Virus record (IMG/VR): IMGVR_UViG_3300037466_003153
Coordinates: 25,253-89,252 of that record
DNA from: a virus
Taxonomy: Duplodnaviria; Heunggongvirae; Uroviricota; Caudoviricetes
Direction: 5' to 3' (one strand)
Length of the DNA stretch: 64,000 bases
The notes under the pieces are model-generated. The model saw only the letters and a list, made by a program, of their open reading frames with translations. It had not been told where the DNA came from and ran no database searches. This document shows positions 45,496-55,543 of this stretch, in pieces (within the stretch, counting starts at the first letter, position 1; each line of letters opens with the position of its first letter). Made by a program: the position numbers and the translations under genes.

Positions 45496-45725
45496 AAGTC
45501 AAATTGGGTGATTACCGAGTACAGTATAACCCTATTAAACATGTCTTAGAGAAAGAAAATCCCAAAGATATTAACAAATTTATTACAACGTTTGCGGCGT
45601 GTTATCACGTTCCAATTATCGTAGTAGCTCATTACGTTTCTGAAATGATTGGCATGAAGCCTGAAATTCAGGAGCTTATTGATCGAATTACGAAGTTTTA
45701 CGGTTACACTGAAGTAACCGAATAA
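45492..45725 (+). CDS. Hypothetical protein (77 aa)
   Basis: ORF. Confidence 0.4.
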   Translation: MKVKLGDYRVQYNPIKHVLEKENPKDINKFITTFAACYHVPIIVVAHYVSEMIGMKPEIQELIDRITKFYGYTEVTE

Positions 45726-45783
45726 CAATGTCTAAAAGGACAAGGATTGTCCAATTAGGTAATAAACAAACAAGGAAAATAAA

Positions 45784-46098
45784 ATGGATCTATCAAGTCT
45801 ATTAGCAGTATTAGCACCTATTATTAGCGGTTTGGCTGGTCAATATGGTTTACTAGCACAAGTATTAATGTGGATTGGGATGCTTCGTCTCATTATGAAA
45901 CCGATCATGACCTGCATTCAGGCAGTTGTTGATGTTACACCTACAACTAAGGATAATGAAATTTTAAATGGTATTTTGAATTCAATTCCATACAAAGTAC
46001 TTTCATTTCTTTTCGATTTAGTCGCATCATTGAAACTTCCAAAAGCTGCAGTAGTAACTCCGGTAGCAACAGAAACTCAATCTCCTCCTTCTGTCTAA
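45784..46098 (+). CDS. Membrane protein (104 aa)
   Basis: Two transmembrane helices. Confidence 0.45.
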   Translation: MDLSSLLAVLAPIISGLAGQYGLLAQVLMWIGMLRLIMKPIMTCIQAVVDVTPTTKDNEILNGILNSIPYKVLSFLFDLVASLKLPKAAVVTPVATETQSPPSV

Positions 46099-46107
46099 CC
46101 TAATAAG

Positions 46108-46146
46108 GCGAGCATCTGTATTTTAGGTGCTCGCTTTTTTATTGAA
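46108..46146 (+). terminator. Rho-independent terminator (GCGAGCA...TGCTCGC + TTTTTT)
   Basis: A 7-bp GC-rich stem followed by a T6 run. Confidence 0.55.
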
Positions 46147-46176
46147 TTATTGTTAACAAAAGTTTATAATAAGAAT

Positions 46177-47289
46177 ATGTCAAATAAATTAAGCTTTTCT
46201 AAGATTTCATCATATAGCATTTGTGGTGAGCGTTATAGACTTCATTACATTGAAAAATTACGTGAAAAGTGGGCTAGAGCTTCACTTTTGTTTGGATCTG
46301 CTATTGACGAATCTCTAAACTCCCTTCTTGAGAATAGAGACTTGGATAAAGCCAAGCAAATCTTTCTCAAGACTTGGAACTTTCAATATGTCAATAACAA
46401 AATGACTGCATTGAAAAATAATCCAGATATTGTTTATGCTTCTGCAGACTTAGACCTTGATCTTATTGAACTTACAGAAGAAAATCGTAAATGGCTTAAG
46501 GAATTTGAAGATTTCAAAAGTCAGAACAAATGGGATTATATTAGCGAAGAAGATCGCTCAACATATAACTCTTTTTGTTGGGAAAGCATGAAAGCCAAAG
46601 GGCTTCTCATTCTCGAAAACTACTCAACAAAGGTACTACCTCAGTTTCTTAGTGTTACTGCAATTCAACATAAAACCGAACTCGTAAATGGTGATGGTGA
46701 TAGCGTTACTCAGGTTCTCGACTTTATCGCTACTCTTCACGATGGTAGTGTTGTTCTATTCGATAATAAAACAACCAGCAATTTGAGCTATTATCCAGAC
46801 GATGCTCCAGCTACTAGCCAGCAGCTTGTTTCCTACTATTACAATAATAAGCAAAAATTCGGTATCACGGCTGTAGGATTTGTTGCAATTCAGAAGCTTG
46901 TGATTAAGAATAAGACAAAGACATGTACTAAGTGTGGTTTTGATGGAACTGAAAGCAGAGCTAAAACCTGTGATCAAGAACATCCCGGTATGGTTGTCAA
47001 ACGTGGTAAAGAAGTTGAAGGAATGGTTCGTTGTAATGGTGAATGGGATGTAAAGATGAATCCTGAAGTAGCTATTAAGCTAATAGTCAATCCTGTTCCA
47101 GATGCTTCTGTTGATTTGGTTCTTAGTGCATTCGATGAAGCCAATCATGGAATTAAGACTGGTAATTTCTATAAGAATTTAACGGTTTGTAAGAATATTT
47201 ATGGAAGTCCTTGTACTTACTACAATTTGTGTTGGAAGGGTAAGGATGAAGAACTAGTTAAACTTGAAGATAATAAAAAATCTTCTTGA
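46177..47289 (+). CDS. PD-(D/E)XK nuclease (RecB/Cas4-like exonuclease) with C-terminal Cys cluster
   Basis: VLDFIATLHDGSVVLFDNKTT (D...D-x-K) core plus C-terminal cysteines. Sits upstream of the ERF annealase. Confidence 0.55.
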   Translation: MSNKLSFSKISSYSICGERYRLHYIEKLREKWARASLLFGSAIDESLNSLLENRDLDKAKQIFLKTWNFQYVNNKMTALKNNPDIVYASADLDLDLIELTEENRKWLKEFEDFKSQNKWDYISEEDRSTYNSFCWESMKAKGLLILENYSTKVLPQFLSVTAIQHKTELVNGDGDSVTQVLDFIATLHDGSVVLFDNKTTSNLSYYPDDAPATSQQLVSYYYNNKQKFGITAVGFVAIQKLVIKNKTKTCTKCGFDGTESRAKTCDQEHPGMVVKRGKEVEGMVRCNGEWDVKMNPEVAIKLIVNPVPDASVDLVLSAFDEANHGIKTGNFYKNLTVCKNIYGSPCTYYNLCWKGKDEELVKLEDNKKSS

Positions 47290-47323
47290 TGTTATTAGTT
47301 AGATAGTTTATTATTGAGGTTAT

Positions 47324-47677
47324 ATGGCTAGACCAACGACGATTAAAATGGGTGAAGGTGAAGTAGTTCTTCGTAACCTTCCTAAAGAAGAAGTTGAGAG
47401 AATTAAAGCTCTTCTAAATCCATCAATTGAAAATAGTCCAGAAGTTCAAAATGCTATTGAACAAGTAGTTGAGAAAATGGATGAAATTAATTACAATCTT
47501 CCACTAGACGAAACTGCTCTTGGATTTAGACAAAATAATAGTGGATCTTATGAGCTTGTTAGTGTAAAATACAATGTAGATTCAAAACAAGCTACAGTAG
47601 AGTCTGTTAAGAATTTAGGTAAAGATAAACAAGTTGCCCTTTACGATTTTAAAATCAAAATTGGCATCTTGGTTTAA
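47324..47677 (+). CDS. Hypothetical protein (117 aa)
   Basis: ORF. Confidence 0.4.
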   Translation: MARPTTIKMGEGEVVLRNLPKEEVERIKALLNPSIENSPEVQNAIEQVVEKMDEINYNLPLDETALGFRQNNSGSYELVSVKYNVDSKQATVESVKNLGKDKQVALYDFKIKIGILV

Positions 47678-47686
47678 GGAGAAAAA

Positions 47687-48094
47687 ATGAAGCTTACCAA
47701 GGAACAGATCATTACAGCTCTTAGAAACGAACCTCTTTCTGCTGGCAGGTTTATTCGTGCAGATGGAAAACCACTCAGTAGCTGCGCAGTTTGTGCGGTT
47801 GGTGCAGTAATGAGAGACGTATTAAATCGTAACATTACCGATGAAGATGATTTTAACGATATTTGTTATATTGTAACTAAAGATAGATTCATCGATGATG
47901 ATGTTTCGCAACTTCTTGCGGAAGAAAATTATCTTGGTGCTTTAAGTAATTATTTTGAGAAGATTACAGACGATGAAAATGATCGTTTTCTTAAAAAAGA
48001 AGTAACACCAGAAATTCGTCAAGATGTTATTAATTTTGTAGAAAACAATTTTCCAAATGAATTTGAAGTTGATATGAAAGAAGGAGTCATTTAA
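47687..48094 (+). CDS. Hypothetical protein (135 aa)
   Basis: GGAG Shine-Dalgarno. Confidence 0.45.
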   Translation: MKLTKEQIITALRNEPLSAGRFIRADGKPLSSCAVCAVGAVMRDVLNRNITDEDDFNDICYIVTKDRFIDDDVSQLLAEENYLGALSNYFEKITDDENDRFLKKEVTPEIRQDVINFVENNFPNEFEVDMKEGVI

Positions 48095-48669
48095 TGAAAC
48101 GTAGTGATAGTGTTACTAAAATTGTTCCAGCACTTCTCAAAGCTCAAAAGCTTATGGGTGGTGCAACTAAAGGTGCTGCTAATCCATATTTCAAGAGTAA
48201 ATATGCCGATTATGGTGCTGTTCTTGAAGCATGTAAGGATTTGCTTAACGATAACGGAATTGCAATTCTTCAACCACATACATTCCATGATGGTAAGAAT
48301 TTCGTAGAAACAACTCTTATTCATGAATCTGGTGAATATCTCACTTCAGAAACAGAAGTTGTATGTTCAAAGCAAAATGATCCACAGGCGTTAGGATCTG
48401 CTATTACTTATGCACGTCGCTATGGTTTGCAATCTCTACTCGCAATGCCAGCCGAAGATGACGACGGTGAAAAAGCAATGGGACGCACTGCAGCTCCTAA
48501 GCAAGAAGCTCCAAAGGCAGCTGCACCAGCAGCTAAGCCAGCGCAAGCTCCTGCAGCAAAAGTAGCAACAACTCCAGCAACAAAGTCTAGCTTTAAAGCA
48601 GCTACACCTGCAGCTCCAGCAACTACCACTGCTAAACCAGCTGGCGCTAATGATTTGAATTGGGATTAA
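48094..48669 (+). CDS. erf: ERF-family single-strand annealing protein with Ala/Pro-rich C-terminal tail
   Basis: ALLKAQKLM...ANPYFKSKYADYGAVLEA matches the ERF signature (NPxFKSKYAdL). Confidence 0.6.
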   Translation: MKRSDSVTKIVPALLKAQKLMGGATKGAANPYFKSKYADYGAVLEACKDLLNDNGIAILQPHTFHDGKNFVETTLIHESGEYLTSETEVVCSKQNDPQALGSAITYARRYGLQSLLAMPAEDDDGEKAMGRTAAPKQEAPKAAAPAAKPAQAPAAKVATTPATKSSFKAATPAAPATTTAKPAGANDLNWD

Positions 48670-48676
48670 ATAAAAT

Positions 48677-49063
48677 ATGATGAAACCAGAAACAACCACA
48701 CCTGCTAGCGAACCAACGGGAAGCGTAACTGTAGCTAATCCTGAAGTAGAACAAACTCCAGAAGTACAAGCTGCAATGTTCTTGCACTCAGCATTGCCAA
48801 TGTTCCGTAATCAGCTTGATAAGCTAACAGGAACTCAAGCTAAGCGTGTTCTCTCTGCTCTAATGGAAGCTCCACTAGAAAAGGAAACACCAGGATTTAC
48901 AACTAGGGAAGCAGACGATCTATTCGCACTAGGTCTTATGATTTCCAATGCAAAGTTTATCTTATTCAACGTAGCTCTTAAAGATAAAGAAATTACGGAT
49001 AAGGTAGAAGAAGAAGCTGCACAAGCTGGCGCGGAAGCAGCTGCTAACACTCAGGGAGAATAA
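48677..49063 (+). CDS. Hypothetical protein (128 aa)
   Basis: ORF. Possibly a recombination accessory or SSB-like protein, unverified. Confidence 0.4.
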   Translation: MMKPETTTPASEPTGSVTVANPEVEQTPEVQAAMFLHSALPMFRNQLDKLTGTQAKRVLSALMEAPLEKETPGFTTREADDLFALGLMISNAKFILFNVALKDKEITDKVEEEAAQAGAEAAANTQGE

Positions 49064-49065
49064 TA

Positions 49066-49344
49066 ATGATTAAGAAATTTAAAGTAGGAACTGTACAATC
49101 TAAGAAAGACCGTTCAGGTGTCACCATTGCTGTAGGTAATGCTAACGCTAAGAATGAAAAGTATCGTACTTCAGTAGAAATTACTGTTAAGGATGCAAAC
49201 GGTAATGTTCTAGCTCAAGTTGAAAACGGCTATCTTGTTGTTCAAGATCCTCGCAAGCGTGATGGCATCACCGAAGAACAACTCGCTAAGATTCCTGATT
49301 GGATCAAGAGCGAAGTTTTCGTTGTAGTTGATGACGGACAATAA
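49066..49344 (+). CDS. Hypothetical protein (92 aa)
   Basis: ORF. Confidence 0.4.
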   Translation: MIKKFKVGTVQSKKDRSGVTIAVGNANAKNEKYRTSVEITVKDANGNVLAQVENGYLVVQDPRKRDGITEEQLAKIPDWIKSEVFVVVDDGQ

Positions 49345-49354
49345 AAAGTAATCC

Positions 49355-49428
49355 CTCAGTACGTTTGACCGTAAATCGTTCCTAAGAATTCTTCCTCCTT
49401 CTTAGGTAAAAAACGGTCACTTTTTTTG
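49355..49428 (+). terminator. Compound terminator (nested hairpins TGACCGT...ACGGTCA enclosing CCTAAGAA...TTCTTAGG, then T7)
   Basis: Perfect 7-bp and 8-bp stems and CTTTTTTT. The primase-helicase Shine-Dalgarno follows. Confidence 0.55.
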
Positions 49429-49440
49429 GAGGAAACAAAA

Positions 49441-51402
49441 ATGTTCTATAGGCAATTTCGTAAGGGTGTTAACGATGGAAACTACATCCTGATCCCAACA
49501 ACAGACTCACTCTCACAACATGGCGCTAAACTAGGTGCCCCATTTCAAGATTATTACACCTCTCTTTACAAGTATAACGAACAGCAATATCAAACATTCC
49601 AAGAAACAAAGACTATTAAGGGTGTTGATGACGTTGTAACCGATTGGCTTGTTTTTGACTTTGATTCTAAAGATTTGGAAATTGCTAGAGAAGATGCAAT
49701 TGAAGTTTGTCATAGATTAATCGGAAGTGAGGTACCTGAAGAAGCATTACGTATTGCTTTCTCGGGTGGTAAAGGATTTCACATTCAAGTTAATTTGAAT
49801 GAAGACATTACCGTAGCCGAGTTTAAGGCTATCACTAAACAAATTGCAAACGGCCTTGAAACGTTCGATAAACGTATTTCAGACCATGCACGTCCATTTC
49901 GTGTATTAGGATCTGTAAATAAGAACACCGGTCTTTATAAGATTCCTTTGACCTTTGAAGACTTGGGAACATTGACTATTGATGCAATTAAAGAAAAAGC
50001 TAAAAGTTTGAGTAACGTTGATAAGAGACAATTTAATTACGTCTCTATTGACCTTACTGAAGAATTGAAAAAATTAAAGGGTTTTTCAGAAGAATATAAA
50101 CCAAAAATTCACGTTATTGAGACAACCGACATTGATTGGAAGAATAAGCCTAAGAACTTTACCAATTGTCGCTGGTCGCTTTATAATGGTTACTTCGGAC
50201 AAGGTGATCGCAACAATGCACTACTTTGTTTAGCCGCAACTTTCAAAAACCAAGGCGATAATGAAGATATTTGCTATCGCCGCTTAAAAGGTGTTGCCGA
50301 AACTCAATCAAAACGTAATAATGAAGAGCGTTATTCTGATAACGAACTTTATAACAACATTGTAAAAATCGTTTATGATGAGAGTTGGAAGGGTGGACAA
50401 TTCACTTGTCGTAAGGAAGATAATTGGCTTCACGACTATTGTCAATCTCTAGGTGAACATAAGTGTAACCACAAAGAAGAAGATGACCTTAAGCCTAAAA
50501 CGCTTATGGATATTCGCGATGCTTTCAAACAATATGTTGTTAATATCGAAAAGAACACCATCCTAACAGGAATTCCAAGCCTTGACGAAAAAATCTTTCT
50601 ATCTACTGGATGTAATGTTGGTATTATCGGTGCTCCTGGCAGTGGAAAAACTTCTCTCGCTCTTGATATTGTTAATAACACGAGTAAAGCAGGGGTAAGA
50701 AGCGTTCTAGCATCACTCGATATGCACGCCAATCGTTTGTTCGAAAAGGCACTCTATCGTGTTAGCGGATATGGACGTGAAGAACTTTATCAAATCTTCC
50801 AAGAAAATCGTGAAGATGAAGTTATGCAAAAGCTTGAGGAAGAGTTTGGAAACGTCAACTTTTTCCATAAGAGCTGTCCAACAGTTTCGGAGCTTCGCGA
50901 GTACATTCTTGCTTGTAATGAACAAGATCCTGAAAACAAGATTAAACTTGTTATGGTGGACTACTTTGAACGTATTACTTCTGACTTGTCGGATGACACT
51001 GCAGCGAGTAAACGTGTAGCAGGTGAGCTTCAGGACTTAGTGAATGATTTGGATATCTGCTTGGTAACACTTGTACAACCTAATAAGATGTCTCTTTCTG
51101 GTGGTCCAGATACTCCAATTATGAGCTATACTAATATTAAAGGTAGTTCATACGTTTATCAGGCATTTAGAATTATCGTTTCACTATGGCGTCCATTTTA
51201 CAATCCAAAGGACTTCAGTGAAGATAACTATATGCAAATGGCTATCTTGAAGAATGATTTGGGCGAACTCTGTGAACTCGATTTCGGATGGAATGGTAAA
51301 CGTGGTATGATTACCGAAATTGAAGATGATGAGAAGGACAATTTACATCGTCTTATTGCAGAAAAACAAGCTAAGAAAACTGGCGATACAGGTGGATTTT
51401 AA
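49441..51402 (+). CDS. Primase-helicase: N-terminal AEP (primase-polymerase)-like domain fused to DnaB-like SF4 helicase
   Basis: N-terminal DFDSKD (D-x-D) motif. Helicase Walker A GIIGAPGSGKTSLALD and Walker B LVMVDYFE. GGAGG Shine-Dalgarno. Confidence 0.7.
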   Translation: MFYRQFRKGVNDGNYILIPTTDSLSQHGAKLGAPFQDYYTSLYKYNEQQYQTFQETKTIKGVDDVVTDWLVFDFDSKDLEIAREDAIEVCHRLIGSEVPEEALRIAFSGGKGFHIQVNLNEDITVAEFKAITKQIANGLETFDKRISDHARPFRVLGSVNKNTGLYKIPLTFEDLGTLTIDAIKEKAKSLSNVDKRQFNYVSIDLTEELKKLKGFSEEYKPKIHVIETTDIDWKNKPKNFTNCRWSLYNGYFGQGDRNNALLCLAATFKNQGDNEDICYRRLKGVAETQSKRNNEERYSDNELYNNIVKIVYDESWKGGQFTCRKEDNWLHDYCQSLGEHKCNHKEEDDLKPKTLMDIRDAFKQYVVNIEKNTILTGIPSLDEKIFLSTGCNVGIIGAPGSGKTSLALDIVNNTSKAGVRSVLASLDMHANRLFEKALYRVSGYGREELYQIFQENREDEVMQKLEEEFGNVNFFHKSCPTVSELREYILACNEQDPENKIKLVMVDYFERITSDLSDDTAASKRVAGELQDLVNDLDICLVTLVQPNKMSLSGGPDTPIMSYTNIKGSSYVYQAFRIIVSLWRPFYNPKDFSEDNYMQMAILKNDLGELCELDFGWNGKRGMITEIEDDEKDNLHRLIAEKQAKKTGDTGGF

Positions 51403-51809
51403 TGAAAGTCGCATTGAAACGTTGTGAACATCTAGCAGTTGAACACGCTAAAAGATTTACTACCGCTTGGGATTACTTCTGTGTTGCAACAGGAGCTTAT
51501 CTAGCTGGTTATCGAGCGGCCAAAGAAGATATCTTCGATTACCTTGAAGGTGGATCATCTGATGAATATTTTATGGCTCAATATCTTAGAAGCATGATGA
51601 GAGATTTGTATATTGAGCAGGAAGTGTCAGATGGAACACATCAACTTGCGGTAGCATCCTTTCATAAGTTCCAAAAGGAAGTGGACGATCTTTCATTTGC
51701 TGAAGCTATGAAGAAGTTATTAACTAATTATCATATTAACGATATTAGAGTTGATGTTGATGCTTCAGGTGTGGTATCATTCCAAGGCACAGCACGTAAA
51801 AAGGATTAA
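51402..51809 (+). CDS. Hypothetical protein (135 aa)
   Basis: ORF coupled to the helicase. Confidence 0.45.
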   Translation: MKVALKRCEHLAVEHAKRFTTAWDYFCVATGAYLAGYRAAKEDIFDYLEGGSSDEYFMAQYLRSMMRDLYIEQEVSDGTHQLAVASFHKFQKEVDDLSFAEAMKKLLTNYHINDIRVDVDASGVVSFQGTARKKD

Positions 51810-51810
51810 A

Positions 51811-52437
51811 ATGGTTAAATTAATTGCAATCACTCCTGACGCCGAGAACATCATTAGTTATTGTGCCAGAGTGTCTAATCCTGCAAATCAGGACAACTAT
51901 GACACAGCCCCAAAGCTATTAGCTTATTGTATTAAGCATGGTCATTGGAGTGTTTTTGAAATGGCTAACATGGTGCTAGAGATTAAAACTGGACGTGACA
52001 TTGCTCCGCAAATTCTAAGGCATAGAAGTTTTAGCTTTCAGGAGTTCAGTCAACGTTATGCACAAGCTAACACTTATGTAGAACGTGAAGCACGTAGACA
52101 AGATCTCAAGAATCGTCAAAATAGCACTGCAGATTTTGATGAAGAAACTAAGAAATGGTTTCATGCTGCCCAAAGTTTTACATGGAACAACTGCTATGCT
52201 ATGTATGAAATTGCTTTGGAAAAGGGTATTGCTAAGGAATGTGCGAGATCCTTACTACCTCTAAATACTGAAACCACCATGTACATGAATGGTACTATCC
52301 GTTCTTGGATACATTATATTAATCTAAGAGCCGATGCTGCTACTCAAAAAGAACATCGTGAAATTGCAGAAGCTGCCAAGAAGATTTTCAGTGAACAATT
52401 ACCAAATGTTGCGAAAGCGTTAGGATGGATTGAATGA
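51811..52437 (+). CDS. thyX: Flavin-dependent thymidylate synthase ThyX
   Basis: ThyX signature [14 protein letters not shown] (RHR-x7-S). Confidence 0.85.
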   Translation: MVKLIAITPDAENIISYCARVSNPANQDNYDTAPKLLAYCIKHGHWSVFEMANMVLEIKTGRDIAPQILRHRSFSFQEFSQRYAQANTYVEREARRQDLKNRQNSTADFDEETKKWFHAAQSFTWNNCYAMYEIALEKGIAKECARSLLPLNTETTMYMNGTIRSWIHYINLRADAATQKEHREIAEAAKKIFSEQLPNVAKALGWIE

Positions 52438-52622
52438 TTTTCCTTTTATGTGTTTTTCTCTATCTTTGTGTAGGCGCATTCACATTAGGTATTTCTGGAA
52501 ATTCAGAAGATTGTGATGAGGTTATGTTCTGTATCTTTTTGTGGCCAGTGCTTTGTCTCGTTCTAATTTTGAAGTTTCCATTTAAAGCCGGTACATTTGT
52601 AAGAAATAGGTATTTAAAATGA
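52434..52622 (+). CDS. Small membrane protein (62 aa)
   Basis: Hydrophobic. Confidence 0.35.
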   Translation: MIFLLCVFLYLCVGAFTLGISGNSEDCDEVMFCIFLWPVLCLVLILKFPFKAGTFVRNRYLK

Positions 52623-52870
52623 AAACCTATAAACAACTTTATCAAAAACTCCGTAACGAAAACGTTGATTTAAGAAATCAGCTCCAAAAAGCAATTGAAA
52701 GTCAAGTTCCATTTAATCCCGTAAAATACCAAGAAATGGAAGATAAATTAGCTACTTGTATTGAAGGATTAGAAGCAATTGAAGCGGTAGAGAAAGTTAA
52801 TACACCAGATAGTAAAACCACAAGCCGAATTATTGCAGAAGAAGTGTTGTATCAGATCGGGAGAAAATAA
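52619..52870 (+). CDS. Hypothetical protein (83 aa)
   Basis: ORF. Confidence 0.4.
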   Translation: MKTYKQLYQKLRNENVDLRNQLQKAIESQVPFNPVKYQEMEDKLATCIEGLEAIEAVEKVNTPDSKTTSRIIAEEVLYQIGRK

Positions 52871-55098
52871 TGTACAATCCTCTAATCTTCGGAAAAAATA
52901 ACATTGAAAGAATCGTATCGTGTGAGATTAATAACGATTCAACTGAACTTTTTATCGAAGAGAAGGACGGTACAGTAAGATCTGTATTTAAGCCTAATCG
53001 TTTCTGGCTTCTAGCTCCAGCCGCTCTTGATGGACAATTTAAGAGACTAACCGGCAATCTATATTACAAATACATTAAGACTTACAATGACAGAGATACT
53101 TTTCTAGAAGAGCGTAAACGTTACTATAAACGTGATATTTACTCTATCCATGATGAAAAAGAAGCAGGGATGGTTGGTTTTGGGTACACTTATTACAAAG
53201 GAATGAAAGTTAACGAAGTAAGTGTTCTTTCTTGGGATATTGAGTCTACAAGTCTTGAACACACTAACGACGCAAAAGTTCTTCTCATTAGTAATACCTT
53301 TCGTAAAGGAAACCATGTAGAAAGGAAATTGTTTGCATACACCGACTACAGCAGCGATCGTGAGTTTTTTGATGCATGGTCAGAATGGGTTAGATCCATT
53401 AATCCATCTATTATCATTGGGCATAATATCTATTGTTACGATTTGCCTTATATTGATTTTTGCGCGAGAAAAGCAGGGACCGAACTAAATCTTGGACGCG
53501 ATGGATCGGTTATTAAGTTTAACGAATACCCATCAAAATTTCGTAAGGATGGTAGTCAGTTTTATGAATATAAAAAATGCTACATCTATGGTCGTGAAAT
53601 TGTCGATACAATGTTTCTTGCATATAAATACGATATTGGAAGAAAGTATTCAAGCTATCGTTTGAAAACTATCATTAAAGAAGAAAATCTAGAAGTTGAA
53701 AATCGTCAATTTTACGATGCAGACACCATTCGAGATAACTATCTCATTCCTGAAGAATGGGAGAAGATTAAAAAGTATGCAGAGCATGATGCTGACGATG
53801 CTTTAGCTCTTTATGACCTAATGATTCCTGCATTCTTCTATTTGACTCCATCTATTCCTAAGTCATTTCAAAGCATGATGGTGTCTGCTAGCGGAAGTCA
53901 AATTAACGCTTTCCTTGTACGTTCTTATTTGCAAAATTTTCACAGCGTTCCAAAAGCTACTGAAGGTAATTCTTTTGAAGGTGGTATTAGCTTAGGTAAT
54001 CCTGGTATTTATCAAAACGTCTTCAAGGTTGACGTTGCGTCTCTTTATCCATCTATCATGCTTCAATATGAAGTGTATGACAAATATAAAGATCCTAATC
54101 GTCATTTCTTGCAAATGGTTGAGTACTTCACCAAAGAACGCTTGGAGAATAAGAAGCTTGGTAAGGAAACTGGCGATCGTTATTACAAGGATTTGGAACA
54201 AGCACAAAAAATCATTATTAACTCTGCTTACGGAATGATGGGAGCACCAGGACTTAATTTCAATAGTCCTTTCAATGCGGCTTTCGTTACTAAGAAGGGA
54301 AGAGAAATCTTACAAAAGTCTATCGACTGGGCAACTTCAAACGGATTTCAAATCGTTAATGCGGACACCGATAGTATTTCGATTACATTGAATGGGGAAG
54401 TTTTGCCTGATGAGACACGTAAGAAGATTGTTGAAGATATTAATTCTCTCTATCCATCAAGGATCAGGTTTGAAGACGACGGTTATTATTCTTCGGTTGT
54501 CGTTGTTAAAGCTAAAAATTATGTATTACAGACAGAAGATGGGAAAGTCAAAACTAAGGGTAGTGCGCTCAAAGCGACGATGAAAGAAAAAGCTCTTAAG
54601 GAATTCATTGATAATGTTATCAAGCATCTTTTGGCTAATAATAAAGATCAGATTCTTGATGTTTATCATCAGTACGTTAAAGAAATTTATTTCCTTACAG
54701 ACATTACCAGATGGTCATCCAAAAAAACAATCACCGATAAAGTTCTTAATGCTGAGCGTACTAATGAACAGAAGGTATTGGATGCTATTGAAGGTGAAGA
54801 GCTTCAAGAGGGTGATAAGATTTTTGTCTATTTTACGAAAGATGAAAGTCTCAAACTACAAGACAAATGGGATAAAGAAAATCCTGATCATGATCCTGAG
54901 AATCTAGTTGAAAAGTTATATAAAACTCTCAAGATTTTCGAAACAGTTTTGGATATGGGTGTATTTCCAAAATATCATTTAAAGGCACATGCTATTAAAT
55001 GCCAACTAGCCAATGTGCTAGGATTACCACATCCTGAAAAGGTCAAGAGGACCAGAAAAAAGAAAGAAGTTCAGGATGAACTACCTCAAACAGCCTAA
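52870..55098 (+). CDS. Family B DNA polymerase with 3'-5' exonuclease domain
   Basis: Exo I (WDIEST), motif A (DVASLYPSIM), motif C (VNADTDSISI) and a KxY-like region. Confidence 0.85.
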   Translation: MYNPLIFGKNNIERIVSCEINNDSTELFIEEKDGTVRSVFKPNRFWLLAPAALDGQFKRLTGNLYYKYIKTYNDRDTFLEERKRYYKRDIYSIHDEKEAGMVGFGYTYYKGMKVNEVSVLSWDIESTSLEHTNDAKVLLISNTFRKGNHVERKLFAYTDYSSDREFFDAWSEWVRSINPSIIIGHNIYCYDLPYIDFCARKAGTELNLGRDGSVIKFNEYPSKFRKDGSQFYEYKKCYIYGREIVDTMFLAYKYDIGRKYSSYRLKTIIKEENLEVENRQFYDADTIRDNYLIPEEWEKIKKYAEHDADDALALYDLMIPAFFYLTPSIPKSFQSMMVSASGSQINAFLVRSYLQNFHSVPKATEGNSFEGGISLGNPGIYQNVFKVDVASLYPSIMLQYEVYDKYKDPNRHFLQMVEYFTKERLENKKLGKETGDRYYKDLEQAQKIIINSAYGMMGAPGLNFNSPFNAAFVTKKGREILQKSIDWATSNGFQIVNADTDSISITLNGEVLPDETRKKIVEDINSLYPSRIRFEDDGYYSSVVVVKAKNYVLQTEDGKVKTKGSALKATMKEKALKEFIDNVIKHLLANNKDQILDVYHQYVKEIYFLTDITRWSSKKTITDKVLNAERTNEQKVLDAIEGEELQEGDKIFVYFTKDESLKLQDKWDKENPDHDPENLVEKLYKTLKIFETVLDMGVFPKYHLKAHAIKCQLANVLGLPHPEKVKRTRKKKEVQDELPQTA

Positions 55099-55492
55099 TT
55101 GGTATAGCTGTGCTCCTACTGCGTTATTAAATGCGTTTATTTTATTAGGATATAAAGTAAATAAAAAACAAAAATATAAAGAACTTTGTTTGTTGCTTAA
55201 ACTTAAGAAAAACTATGGAACAACTCAGAGTCGTTTTCATAAAGCTTTAAAGTATTTATTCCCAAACAGTAAAAAGATTAAACAACCAACACTCGAAGAT
55301 TTAAACGAACCTTGTATACTTACAGTTGATAATAGTTATTGGTGCCATGTTGGTATAGTTCTTAAATCTACTAAACATTACTTGTACTTAGTAAATTGGG
55401 GAACCAAATATCCTCTTATCAGGAAGGTCAAAAAAGACACATTTAAGAAAGAACTAAATCGAAGAGCAGTTGCTTATATTCTTAAAAAGTAG
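55076..55492 (+). CDS. Papain-like (C39-like) cysteine peptidase-domain protein (138 aa)
   Basis: QPNWYSCAPTALLNAFILLGY resembles the Q...C(G/A)xA.L C39 catalytic motif. A downstream His sits in CHVGIVL. Confidence 0.35.
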   Translation: MNYLKQPNWYSCAPTALLNAFILLGYKVNKKQKYKELCLLLKLKKNYGTTQSRFHKALKYLFPNSKKIKQPTLEDLNEPCILTVDNSYWCHVGIVLKSTKHYLYLVNWGTKYPLIRKVKKDTFKKELNRRAVAYILKK

Positions 55493-55543
55493 TTGAAGTC
55501 TTTCTAATAAACTAATATAATACTTATATCCAAGGAGGATATT

